Assembly (NCBI GenBank): GCA_964536985.1
Contig: CAZIBG010000002.1
Location: forward strand, 18,738-82,737
Direction of reading: 5' to 3'
DNA from: an uncultured Candidatus Saccharibacteria bacterium
GTDB taxonomy: Bacteria > Patescibacteriota > Saccharimonadia > Saccharimonadales > AWTP1-31
Length of the DNA stretch: 64,000 nt
Shown: positions 19,852 through 28,907 of the stretch, one piece after another
Numbering within the stretch: the first letter of the stretch is position 1
How the letters are laid out: every line of letters begins with the position of its first letter
Notes under the pieces: model-generated
What the model saw: the letters and a program-made list of their open reading frames with translations, nothing else
The model's database searches: none
Told to the model about the DNA's origin: nothing
Position numbers and translations under genes: made by a program

Positions 19852-20667
19852 ATGGCACATGGCAGATACCCGCGAGACGCAGTTCCTCATCCTTTTGAAG
19901 GCTATCCTGCATACGGTGCAATACACGAGGTTCTTCCGGATACGCGTCTAAGGCAGTTTCTGGCTTCATTTAGCGAAATTGCAGATAGTGTTTTTAGAGG
20001 TAACGCCGATGAAGCCCCTGTAGAAGTTAACCCGATACCTGACTACGAACCGGACGAGGAGTTTGAACCAGTCGGTCTACTTCCTGAGGCTCCAACTATT
20101 GCACCCTACGACCCGAGAGTTTTCTATAAAGTGTTTGATCCCGACAGGATGGCAGCTACAGTATTAGAAATGGACCCTGCGCAAAAAATGGCACGGACTT
20201 TACAGCAACTTTTCGAACGTCAAGATTTTGGTGCCGTTGAGCAGGATGCGCGAAATGAGATAGATCGCCACGCACCGGTGTTATTCCCCTCACTCACCTT
20301 TAAAGAAGTGATCGGCGTGGGTCGGCGTATGCCAGGCGTAAATAGTCGCAATGTATACCAGAAATTAGCACTTATCGCTGACACGACATGTAATCTAGAA
20401 ACCCTGGAATTCATGGGTCTCGAACAGGAAAAGCTTATTACAGCTCTCAAGCGACGCTTTAAGCAAGATGTCGCACCATGGTCACTAATACCCCTCGTAC
20501 CTTTTACCATTCTCAAGCGACCCGTCACAAACGAACAGTATGTCGAGATAATTGAGCAAACTAATGCCCTCCTTCATACCACCAATGAGGATGATGAGGC
20601 AATACCTGCACCCTTACATATCGACCTGGAACGTAAACTGAAAATCAGACATAAGTCTAGTCGATAG
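19852..20667 (+). CDS. Hypothetical protein
   Basis: 271-aa ORF divergent from uvrA; TATACT just upstream. Confidence 0.65.
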   Translation: MAHGRYPRDAVPHPFEGYPAYGAIHEVLPDTRLRQFLASFSEIADSVFRGNADEAPVEVNPIPDYEPDEEFEPVGLLPEAPTIAPYDPRVFYKVFDPDRMAATVLEMDPAQKMARTLQQLFERQDFGAVEQDARNEIDRHAPVLFPSLTFKEVIGVGRRMPGVNSRNVYQKLALIADTTCNLETLEFMGLEQEKLITALKRRFKQDVAPWSLIPLVPFTILKRPVTNEQYVEIIEQTNALLHTTNEDDEAIPAPLHIDLERKLKIRHKSSR

Positions 20668-20710
20668 ACTCGCCTTCCCACCCCTGATAATGCATGGTAT
20701 GATTGCTGAC

Positions 20711-21550
20711 ATGAAGATCGCGACACAGGGCGTAGCTGGCTCGTTCCATCACCAAGCCACCAATGAGCTATTCGAAGGCCAAGACTATCAAATAATTGAT
20801 GCCGCCACTTTTCGAGACGTCTTCCAAATGGTTAAAGACGGCACCGCTGACTTTGGGGTGGTTGCGGTAGAAAATTCGCTGCACGGTTCGATCAACCCAG
20901 TATACCGATTACTGGCAAGCAAGAAATTGCAGGTCTGCGGAGAACGAAGGCTTCATATCAGCCTGTGTCTTATTGGTCACTCCACTATGACCATCCAGTC
21001 CGTTAATAGCTCTGGGGTGGAAGTCCTTTCGCAACGCGAAGCACTAAGCCAGTGCGAGCAATGGTTCATCGACAATATAGAAAATGCCACCGTAAAAGAG
21101 ATGAACGACACCGCCGAAGCAGTTCGTTTTGTTATGAACGACACTAGCAAGCAAAAAGTAGCTGTCGGCAGTGCTGAGGCCGCGAGATTATACGGAGGCA
21201 CTATTATCGCCGAGCCGATTAATGATGAGCTACAGAATTACACCCGATTTCTTTGCATTACAAAACCAAGTCCACAACCTAAAGATGCCGATCGGACCAG
21301 CATTATTATTAGCGGTGGGTTAGATCGACCCGGTTTACTTCATGATGCTCTTGGGGCTTTTGCCAAAAAAGGTATTAATCTATCTAAGCTAGATAGCCAT
21401 CCGCTACCTGGTAAAGAACGCTCGTACGCCATGTACATTGATTTTGAAGCGCCACTAGAAGACTCGACCACCAAGTCTGTCCTTGAAGAACTAAAAAAAC
21501 AGGGGTGGAATGTCCAAGTACTAGGCTCTTACAAATCCCACAAGCATTAG
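20711..21550 (+). CDS. pheA: Prephenate dehydratase (PDT + ACT domains)
   Basis: 'GSFHHQA', 'VENSLHGSI', 'NYTRF', 'DRPGLLHDAL..FA..GINLSKLDSHP'. Confidence 0.9.
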   Translation: MKIATQGVAGSFHHQATNELFEGQDYQIIDAATFRDVFQMVKDGTADFGVVAVENSLHGSINPVYRLLASKKLQVCGERRLHISLCLIGHSTMTIQSVNSSGVEVLSQREALSQCEQWFIDNIENATVKEMNDTAEAVRFVMNDTSKQKVAVGSAEAARLYGGTIIAEPINDELQNYTRFLCITKPSPQPKDADRTSIIISGGLDRPGLLHDALGAFAKKGINLSKLDSHPLPGKERSYAMYIDFEAPLEDSTTKSVLEELKKQGWNVQVLGSYKSHKH

Positions 21551-21565
21551 CGTAATACAATCTTA

Positions 21566-21594
21566 TTGACATAAGCGCAATGATAATGTATAAT
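21566..21594 (+). promoter_or_regulatory. Consensus sigma70 promoter
   Basis: TTGACA-17 nt-TATAAT, exact consensus. Confidence 0.75.
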
Positions 21595-21622
21595 GCTGAC
21601 AAATTTAGTGGGAGATGTTTGG

Positions 21623-21886
21623 ATGCTGGACTTTATCGTTCTAGGAATCGTACCTGGTACAACTTTTGTCATAACCCTTCGTTGGGTTCTATTAGCTGCG
21701 CTTATACTGTGTGTAATTGCATTAATGTATCTAGAACTAAAGAAACCACGTAAAGCTTCACATTCTCGACGCGTTAGCCATCCTGCAGTTAATCTTGAAG
21801 CAATAAGTACTAACGGTCTACTTGGCATGACATTCTTTTCCCCCGGCCGATTGTCTTGGCTCGACAAAGTCGCTAAAAAAGACTAA
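21623..21886 (+). CDS. Small membrane protein
   Basis: GGGAG RBS; 'FIVLGIVPGT' and a TM segment; lies downstream of the consensus promoter. Confidence 0.6.
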   Translation: MLDFIVLGIVPGTTFVITLRWVLLAALILCVIALMYLELKKPRKASHSRRVSHPAVNLEAISTNGLLGMTFFSPGRLSWLDKVAKKD

Positions 21887-21898
21887 TTTACTGTAGTT

Positions 21899-23362
21899 TT
21901 ACTCGTTATCCAGGTCGCTCGGTACTAGACTTTGCCCGTACAGCGTCAGATCCTCAAGTAGATATTGTTTAGCAGCTGGTAGATCAGGCTGCATGCGTAG
22001 TTCTTCTATTCGCTTAAAATACAGAGCTAGCTTACTGGCATCGCCACCATCGAGTAGTTGCTTTGCGCGATATGATTCCCACTGGCGGCGTTCATCGGGG
22101 TCAAGTTTGCGTGGGAAGTTACGTGCTTTATAAAGTGGCAACAACTCTTTGAGTCGCATATCCTGACACTGATCAATATAGCCACTCAGTTCGCTTGGAG
22201 GTGACTGGCGGATCCGCTCCATAGTTTTTGCATCTCCCTCTCCAACGAATCCATCATATATTTGGCCGTCCACATGTGTGTCTTGTCCGGCGAATCGCTC
22301 GGCTTGTGCGCCGTCCATAATCTCTAGAGCTTCTAATACCTTTTTTGGCCAGTCTGGTATTGCTTTGAGCTTAGTTAAATTTGCTTGTATGGTGGACATG
22401 TCGATCTTAAGTCGTTCCTGTGTTTCAGTATCCTCTTTGATTACCCCAAGTGGTGCTACCGCAGGGCACCGATTATACTTAAGTGACTTAATCGGTAAAC
22501 GAGGCGCATCAGGTGATTGGTCTTCTGGCTTTTGCCACTGCCAAGCCTCGACTAATTGAGCTGGTGTCATATTCGCGAACGGCGTTGGATCATATCGCAG
22601 GTCATAGACCAAAGCACCGTCTTTACGAGCAGTCTCTGCTATCATAACCACTACCGCCGTCTTCTGAGCATCGTTATGATATTTTCCTGATGTATAAACA
22701 AATGGATTTCCTGTTTGCACCAACTGCTGGACTGCTTGCTTGGAGCGCACGCTCAATAGGTAATCGAATAGTTTTGGTTGTTTACTGCGCAACAGCTGTG
22801 CAAGAGATATGGTTGCCAGCACGTCGTTAAGTGCGTCATGCGCGTGGCTATGATCTAAGCCGTTCTGGGCAGTCAAAAGTTCCAGTCGGTTAGTCGGCTT
22901 GCCTTCCGAATCAACTGGCCAGTTTATACCCTCCGGACGTAGTGCCCGTGTCATGCGAACAACGTCTAATAAATCCCACCTGGAACGGTCGTCCTTCCAT
23001 TGCCACTGATATGGATCGTAAAAGTTTCGGTAGTTTAGGGCACGCATAAATTCGTCGTCAAAACGGACTGAGTTATAACCCACAAAGATAGTACCGGGCA
23101 CGGCAATTTCCTGGTGGAAAGTCTGCAAAAAGTCAGCCTCAGTCGTGCCCTCGGCCTGGGTATGCTGCGGCGTTATACCGGTTACCAAAATGGCATCCGG
23201 GTCGGGCAAAACATCTTCTGTAAGGGCAATCAAGATATTATGTGGTTCGCCAATAGGGTTAAGGTCTAGATCCGTGCGCTGTCCGGCGAACTGCATGACT
23301 CGCGATTGTCGAGGCTTAATACCGGAAGTTTCCAGGTCGTAAAAGTAAAATGAATTAGCCAT
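21899..23362 (-). CDS. sbcB: Exodeoxyribonuclease I
   Basis: DEDDh motifs 'YDLETSG', 'GYNSVRFDDEF', 'HAHDALNDV'. Confidence 0.95.
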   Translation of the reverse strand: MANSFYFYDLETSGIKPRQSRVMQFAGQRTDLDLNPIGEPHNILIALTEDVLPDPDAILVTGITPQHTQAEGTTEADFLQTFHQEIAVPGTIFVGYNSVRFDDEFMRALNYRNFYDPYQWQWKDDRSRWDLLDVVRMTRALRPEGINWPVDSEGKPTNRLELLTAQNGLDHSHAHDALNDVLATISLAQLLRSKQPKLFDYLLSVRSKQAVQQLVQTGNPFVYTSGKYHNDAQKTAVVVMIAETARKDGALVYDLRYDPTPFANMTPAQLVEAWQWQKPEDQSPDAPRLPIKSLKYNRCPAVAPLGVIKEDTETQERLKIDMSTIQANLTKLKAIPDWPKKVLEALEIMDGAQAERFAGQDTHVDGQIYDGFVGEGDAKTMERIRQSPPSELSGYIDQCQDMRLKELLPLYKARNFPRKLDPDERRQWESYRAKQLLDGGDASKLALYFKRIEELRMQPDLPAAKQYLLEDLTLYGQSLVPSDLDNE

Positions 23363-24716
23363 GTGTTTGTATGTAACCCTCTATGTTGAATTTGCGCTTC
23401 AACCCATTGTAATTCATATATCGAATACTGCCATAAACGTCACGCTCGAACCAGGGCCGATCATGTACACCAGCCACACTCCACAGAATCCCAACATACC
23501 CGTTAGGATCTCCGCCATCAATGCTGTAAAAGTCGTTGAGCTTTATCAGCGTTCCAACAGCAGTCTGTGCATCTTCCGACCATTCTAAGACTTTCTTAGC
23601 CCAATACATACGCATATAACCATGCATTTTACCGGTTACAGTCAGTTGCTTTTGAGCCGCGTTCCAGGCTGGATCGTGCGTTTGGGCATCGGCAAACTGT
23701 TTGTAGCTATATATAAACTCACGAGGATCCGCAGTGTGCTTGGCCAAAGTATCTTGCGCCCACTGAGCAGCTCCACTCAATTGATCATACATTGGATTGT
23801 AATAACAAAAATTGTCGCTCAGTTCTTTACGGACTATAAGTTCCTCTAGGAACACATCGGCGTCAAGGCGCAGCGACGGTTGTTCACCTACCGCAGATTC
23901 AACCTCTACGGCAATCCGTAACGAAGAGAGCTGCCCAAAGTGCAAGTACGGACTCAACCCACTTACGCCGTCAAGGGAGGGGTCGTTACGATTTTCGTGA
24001 TAACCTGCTAATCTATTGGCTATAAAATCCTTGAGTGCTTTATTGGCAGCAATCTCTCCGCTCTTTAGGGAAAGTTTTTGCCCGTTTGAAGGCACCTTTT
24101 CTAAGAGTTCGTCGATAAGCTCACTAAGCGTAGAAAGATCCTTAACAATACCCGGCCAAACATAGGGATGCTTGATAGCCTGGCCCGGCACAATCAAATA
24201 GTCAGCGATTTTAGCGAGCACCTTAGGGCGAATAGTCCGGGCAGCGTATTCTTGCTTATTACTTAATTCCCACGCAGGAATGACATTATGGGTATCAACA
24301 ACATAAACCGCGCATTGTGCCTGGTCGGCAATAGATTTTTGTAATGCTCGTGGCCCTCGTAAGGGGTTAAAATCAAAATAAATAGCAGCCGGATTTGTGT
24401 GATGAATCATGCCGCCCAAAGTTTGCTTGGGATCACCAATCAAAGCCATAAAAGGAATACTTAACATGTTGAGGTTTTTTTCGACCTCACCTAGTCCTTG
24501 CAGCATCCATCGGTATTGCTCCTGTGAACGATTACCGGTACTTGGGAGTAAGCAGAATACTACAGCCAATGGCAATTTTAGCTGTAAGGCAGTTTGTTGA
24601 GCAGCGAGAAGTGCGTGATTGTCCGCGACACGCTGGTCTCGGCTCATTACATACAGCACGCAATCGCCACTGAGTGGCTTGTCATTAAGTTGTTTTTGAC
24701 GCGTTTGCTGAACCAT
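23355..24716 (-). CDS. phrB: Class II CPD photolyase
   Basis: 'RDQRVADNHAL', 'SGLSPYLHFG', 'GKMHGYMRMYWAKK', 'DGGDPNGY'. Confidence 0.93.
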   Translation of the reverse strand: MVQQTRQKQLNDKPLSGDCVLYVMSRDQRVADNHALLAAQQTALQLKLPLAVVFCLLPSTGNRSQEQYRWMLQGLGEVEKNLNMLSIPFMALIGDPKQTLGGMIHHTNPAAIYFDFNPLRGPRALQKSIADQAQCAVYVVDTHNVIPAWELSNKQEYAARTIRPKVLAKIADYLIVPGQAIKHPYVWPGIVKDLSTLSELIDELLEKVPSNGQKLSLKSGEIAANKALKDFIANRLAGYHENRNDPSLDGVSGLSPYLHFGQLSSLRIAVEVESAVGEQPSLRLDADVFLEELIVRKELSDNFCYYNPMYDQLSGAAQWAQDTLAKHTADPREFIYSYKQFADAQTHDPAWNAAQKQLTVTGKMHGYMRMYWAKKVLEWSEDAQTAVGTLIKLNDFYSIDGGDPNGYVGILWSVAGVHDRPWFERDVYGSIRYMNYNGLKRKFNIEGYIQTHG

Positions 24717-24737
24717 GCAAACAGTGTAGCAGGAACT

Positions 24738-26015
24738 TTAGTACTCTAACGAACCAAGGTCGTTACCGATCACGATCTTCTGTCCGGGAGCAATATCTTG
24801 ACGTCGCAGCTGATGCATAATGCCCATCTTCTTCATAATGTCGCGGAGTCGCTCGGTACCATGTGAACTACCAAAGTCAGTTCGTTCGGCGAATCGTTCG
24901 ATCTTACGACCTGTAACCATAAACTTGTTACCAACTTTTTCGACTTTCCAGCTGTTGAGTGTTTCTGGTAGTTGGATGACGGGAATAACTGGGTTGGCTT
25001 CGATGATTTCCTTCTTTTTGGCGCGATCAGCATCAACCATCTTCTTTACTTCGTATAACATAGGAATGACGGCTTCGCCGCTACTGGCAGAAATAGCAAA
25101 CTGCTTGGTGCCTTTAGGAATGACTTTTTTAAGCTTCTTCTGAATTGATTCGATAATTTCTGCGTCAAGTCCATCGATCTTGTTCAATACCACAACCTGA
25201 GGTCGGGTAGTTAGGTCCACGGAATACTCGGCCAGCTCTTTTTGAATGGTCTGAAAAGCGGCAACAGGATCTTCGTTGTAGGCGTCGATCATATGTATTA
25301 GCACACTAGTGCGCTCGACATGGCGTAAGAATTCAACACCAAGGCCTTTGCCCTTGCTGGCACCCTCTATTAGTCCTGGCACGTCGGCAAGTAGCAAGCT
25401 GTTGCTACTGTCGAGGTCAACGACACCTAAATTAGGGATTAGAGTTGTAAAGGCATAGTTTGCGATTTCTGGACGAGCATTACTGCTACTGGCAAGCAAT
25501 GTTGATTTTCCAGCATTAGGTAATCCAATAATACCGGCGTCGGCGATAACCTTAAGTTCTAGCTTAAGATCAAGTACATCACCACGTTCGCCTTTTTCGG
25601 CGACGCGAGGTGCCTGGCGAGTTGAGGAGATAAAGTGAGCGTTACCAAATCCACCCTTACCACCACGAGCAATGACCATCTGCTGTTGATCGGCGATAAA
25701 GTCGGCTAAGATATCGCCTTCTTCGTTAAGTACAATTGTGCCGACTGGAACTTGAATAGTTAAGTCTTTACCGCTGCGTCCGTGCTTTTTTTGCTTGAAT
25801 CCTGGCTTACCTGGTTCGGCTGAAAGCTCACGGTGATAACGGAAGCTAGCGAGCGTGTTTTGATTCCGGCTGGCGACCATAATAATACTACCGCCATCGC
25901 CACCATCTCCACCATCTGGACCACCACGATCGATAAATTTTTCATGACGAAAACTAACGTATCCGTTACCGCCGTCACCTGCTTTTAGTTTTATCGTCGC
26001 CTGGTCTATGAACAT
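24738..26015 (-). CDS. obgE: GTPase ObgE
   Basis: Gly-rich Obg domain, GLPNAGKS, DVPG, NKID. Confidence 0.97.
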   Translation of the reverse strand: MFIDQATIKLKAGDGGNGYVSFRHEKFIDRGGPDGGDGGDGGSIIMVASRNQNTLASFRYHRELSAEPGKPGFKQKKHGRSGKDLTIQVPVGTIVLNEEGDILADFIADQQQMVIARGGKGGFGNAHFISSTRQAPRVAEKGERGDVLDLKLELKVIADAGIIGLPNAGKSTLLASSSNARPEIANYAFTTLIPNLGVVDLDSSNSLLLADVPGLIEGASKGKGLGVEFLRHVERTSVLIHMIDAYNEDPVAAFQTIQKELAEYSVDLTTRPQVVVLNKIDGLDAEIIESIQKKLKKVIPKGTKQFAISASSGEAVIPMLYEVKKMVDADRAKKKEIIEANPVIPVIQLPETLNSWKVEKVGNKFMVTGRKIERFAERTDFGSSHGTERLRDIMKKMGIMHQLRRQDIAPGQKIVIGNDLGSLEY

Positions 26016-26081
26016 ATCAAATTATTATACAATTTTTACAACAAATCTTCAACGTAGAATTGAATATCTACAGATAGCTCA

Positions 26082-27206
26082 TTAGTAAATGTAGGAATAT
26101 CGGGCCGCGTCTTCAGGAGAAAGTGTCTTAGTACTGCGGACAGCCCAACCGCGAGTGTTCATTTCGGAGACGTTAACACTACCATCTGCATTGACTGATT
26201 CAACATAGCCAACGTGACCGTAATAGTCGCGTGGTGGAGTCCAAATAACCGCACCAGCTTGTGGCGTGTTGCCGACTGCAAACCCAGCACGTGACGCTAA
26301 TGACTTCCAGGTACTGGCGTTACCAAGGTTACTTGGAAGATCTGGGCGTCGAACTTTGACGTACCAAGTACAGTAACCATAGTCGTATCCATTATTGCCA
26401 TATACTGCTCCACCGCCCCATGAAAAACCTGCAGGATTCGCTCGCGCCGATCGTGGTGCCACCGGTGCAGCTATAGAACCATCTCGGATCAAGATATTTC
26501 GACCAACTACAAGGTTAGCGCTCTCTGCATCGTTATCGGCTATGATTTGATCCTTTGTAGCCTTGAACTTGCTAGCAATACTATCGATTGTATCGCCGTC
26601 CTTAACTTTATAAACAACTCCGTTGACGGGAGAAATTAGAATCTTCTTACCAGCCTGGATAGCATCGCCCTGTAGGCCGTTAGACCAGCGAATAGTATCC
26701 GATGTAATGCCAAACTTTGCAGCGATTGACGGTATTGTGTCGCCTTCGACCACTAAGTATTCTTGGATGTCTTTATAGGACTTGAGAGTAGTTGCAACCA
26801 CCTGAGGTTTAGCGACCACCGTATCGTCGGAAGCGGTTACCGCTAGTTGTGCGTTAACGGTATCAGCCTTGTTAACAACTGATGGAGTTTCGGGTAAGTT
26901 AGTCATAAAAGCTACATGCACAGCGATGTCAGCAGAAGAAAGCTGATCCAGAGCATTGGAAGCGACGGTAGAATCTTCCGTAACGACACTATTATTAGCA
27001 GCTACAGGGGCCGTGCCAGGACTACGCATCACAAAAGTAGCCACACCCACGAGCATGACAATATTGGCAACCAAAATGCCATATCTCACGATTCGTTTCT
27101 TGGAACGTGTATTTAAACCGGTTTTGATTTGTTTTTGTGTTTTAGATTGAATCTGTGCGATTTTATCAATCGGACTAGTTTCCACCGTTTTTCTAAAGAT
27201 ACGAAT
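26082..27206 (-). CDS. LysM-repeat + CHAP peptidoglycan hydrolase (start uncertain)
   Basis: TM anchor, two LysM repeats, CHAP motifs 'GYCTWY...GNA..W...YGHVGYVE...VSEMN'. Confidence 0.88.
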   Translation of the reverse strand: MRIFRKTVETSPIDKIAQIQSKTQKQIKTGLNTRSKKRIVRYGILVANIVMLVGVATFVMRSPGTAPVAANNSVVTEDSTVASNALDQLSSADIAVHVAFMTNLPETPSVVNKADTVNAQLAVTASDDTVVAKPQVVATTLKSYKDIQEYLVVEGDTIPSIAAKFGITSDTIRWSNGLQGDAIQAGKKILISPVNGVVYKVKDGDTIDSIASKFKATKDQIIADNDAESANLVVGRNILIRDGSIAAPVAPRSARANPAGFSWGGGAVYGNNGYDYGYCTWYVKVRRPDLPSNLGNASTWKSLASRAGFAVGNTPQAGAVIWTPPRDYYGHVGYVESVNADGSVNVSEMNTRGWAVRSTKTLSPEDAARYSYIY

Positions 27207-27426
27207 TGTATTCTCCTGGGCTGAAGCCGCAGATCGAGGATGGTTGTTAATTGATATTTTGAGCGATCGACTCACTCTTCTTATTAGTAAACAACCTCGA
27301 TACAGTTTACTTGCTCCATAACAGTGGTAACAGGGGTGGATCACCGTAAACTGATACCATTGAGTATATCATATTCTGGTACAGCAACCAAGGTTTTTAT
27401 ATACCAACGACCCCTGTTACGTAAGC

Positions 27427-28476
27427 CTACTGACAGAGTTTTGTGCAATATTTTGCGGTCAGTGCCTCGTGTTCCTCTAGGGTACGGCTAAAGTGAGTTA
27501 CTCCGTCATCCCCAGACACAAAGTACAGCCAATCAGTAGACGCCGGATTTGCAACGGCCTTAAGTGAACTCTCGCTTACATTACTAATGGGACCAGGAGT
27601 TAGCCCTTCGACTAAGTACGTATTGTACGGCGAGTCATAGGTGAGCGAAGGGTCAACGCCGTCTAGTATGGCGCCGTAACTGGCAGTAGCATCAGACTGT
27701 AGTTTTATATCAGAGGATAGACGCTTGAGGAATACTTGTGCCACCTTTGTACGGTCGCCACCGTCGGACACCTCGCGCTCAACAATGGAAGCCAAGATTA
27801 TGGCACGATGAACACTCAGTCCTTGGCTTGCAAATGCTTCACGGATATCTGGAGTTAACCGTTTCTGCATCTCGTCTAGTGAGGCTCGTACAATCTCCTC
27901 AGGGGTAGTGGCAGCAGTCTTTTGAAATGATTCAGGATATAGGTAACCTTCTAGCGATGCATCGACTGGTTTATCAACCAGGGCTGGATGACCGGCATAC
28001 GTTGCTGGGTCTAGGGCTTTCTTGACCGCCTCGGGCTTGAAGCCGCTGTTAACAAGCGTTTGTTCGATCTGGTCAATGCGCTGGGCAGGCTTGATAGTTA
28101 TAAGATTACTGGCCACCTTACCCTCCGTAATTATCTTAACAATATCGGCAACACCCTGGCTGGGTTTAATTGCGTAGGTACCAGCCTGGATTAGGTTCTG
28201 ATAGTTTCTACTGAGCACATATTGTCGGAATGCCCATTCATTACGAATTAGCTTTTTATCATGAAGTAGCTTGGCTACGTCGGATAAGGCAGACCCCGTG
28301 GGTATCGTTATCGTAACGGTCTTCTGGCTGGTACTGACGGCCTGCAAGTTATTGAAGTAGTATCGCCGTGCCAATAAAACACTTCCTAACCCGGCAAGGA
28401 CGATCAGGCAAACAATGGTAATGACTACTTTTGATCGTAATAAAAATCGTGCAGGGTTAGATCTACTCATTACCAT
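27427..28476 (-). CDS. mltG: Endolytic transglycosylase
   Basis: 'LEGYLYPE', 'LASIVERE', 'LQSDAT', 'SPYNTY..GLTPGPISN'. Confidence 0.93.
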   Translation of the reverse strand: MVMSRSNPARFLLRSKVVITIVCLIVLAGLGSVLLARRYYFNNLQAVSTSQKTVTITIPTGSALSDVAKLLHDKKLIRNEWAFRQYVLSRNYQNLIQAGTYAIKPSQGVADIVKIITEGKVASNLITIKPAQRIDQIEQTLVNSGFKPEAVKKALDPATYAGHPALVDKPVDASLEGYLYPESFQKTAATTPEEIVRASLDEMQKRLTPDIREAFASQGLSVHRAIILASIVEREVSDGGDRTKVAQVFLKRLSSDIKLQSDATASYGAILDGVDPSLTYDSPYNTYLVEGLTPGPISNVSESSLKAVANPASTDWLYFVSGDDGVTHFSRTLEEHEALTAKYCTKLCQ

Positions 28477-28907
28477 TCCTTCCCTTCGTCTAAGAAATCA
28501 CTCAAGATATAACATGCTGCCAGTGAGTCAATGTCCCCTTTGCTGTAAGGCTTGCCTCGGGCGTCCAACTCATCTTCGGCCTTACTAGAGGTTAGCGCCT
28601 CATCCTGCATGTTTATAGGAATAGTGATGTGCTCAGCCAATGATTCAACAAATCTGAGGATGGCAAGCGTTTGATTAGTTTGCTGACCTTCTAGGCCTCT
28701 CGGCAGCCCTACCACCAGCGCCACAACGTCGTTATCTTTGATGAGCTTAGCGATATCATCGTAGACCGTATCGGTAACGATTAGATGTTCTCGTGGCGAG
28801 GCAATACGAGCTACACGATTCGCCATCGCAACGCCAATTCGTACCGCGCCAACATCAAGCCCCATAACAGCGTCATTATCGGACTTAGGGTTACTTGTCT
28901 TGCCCAT
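28470..28907 (-). CDS. ruvX: YqgF/RuvX RNase H-fold protein
   Basis: 'GLDVG..RIGVA', 'VVGLP', 'DE.LTS', 'DSLAA..IL'. Confidence 0.92.
   Translation of the reverse strand: MGKTSNPKSDNDAVMGLDVGAVRIGVAMANRVARIASPREHLIVTDTVYDDIAKLIKDNDVVALVVGLPRGLEGQQTNQTLAILRFVESLAEHITIPINMQDEALTSSKAEDELDARGKPYSKGDIDSLAACYILSDFLDEGKEW

Noticed and set aside
27207-27375. c-di-AMP (ydaO) riboswitch before the LysM-CHAP gene
   Set aside because: Lacks the GCUGAAUCC, GGGGAACC and CCCGUCAGCUAAC consensus segments.
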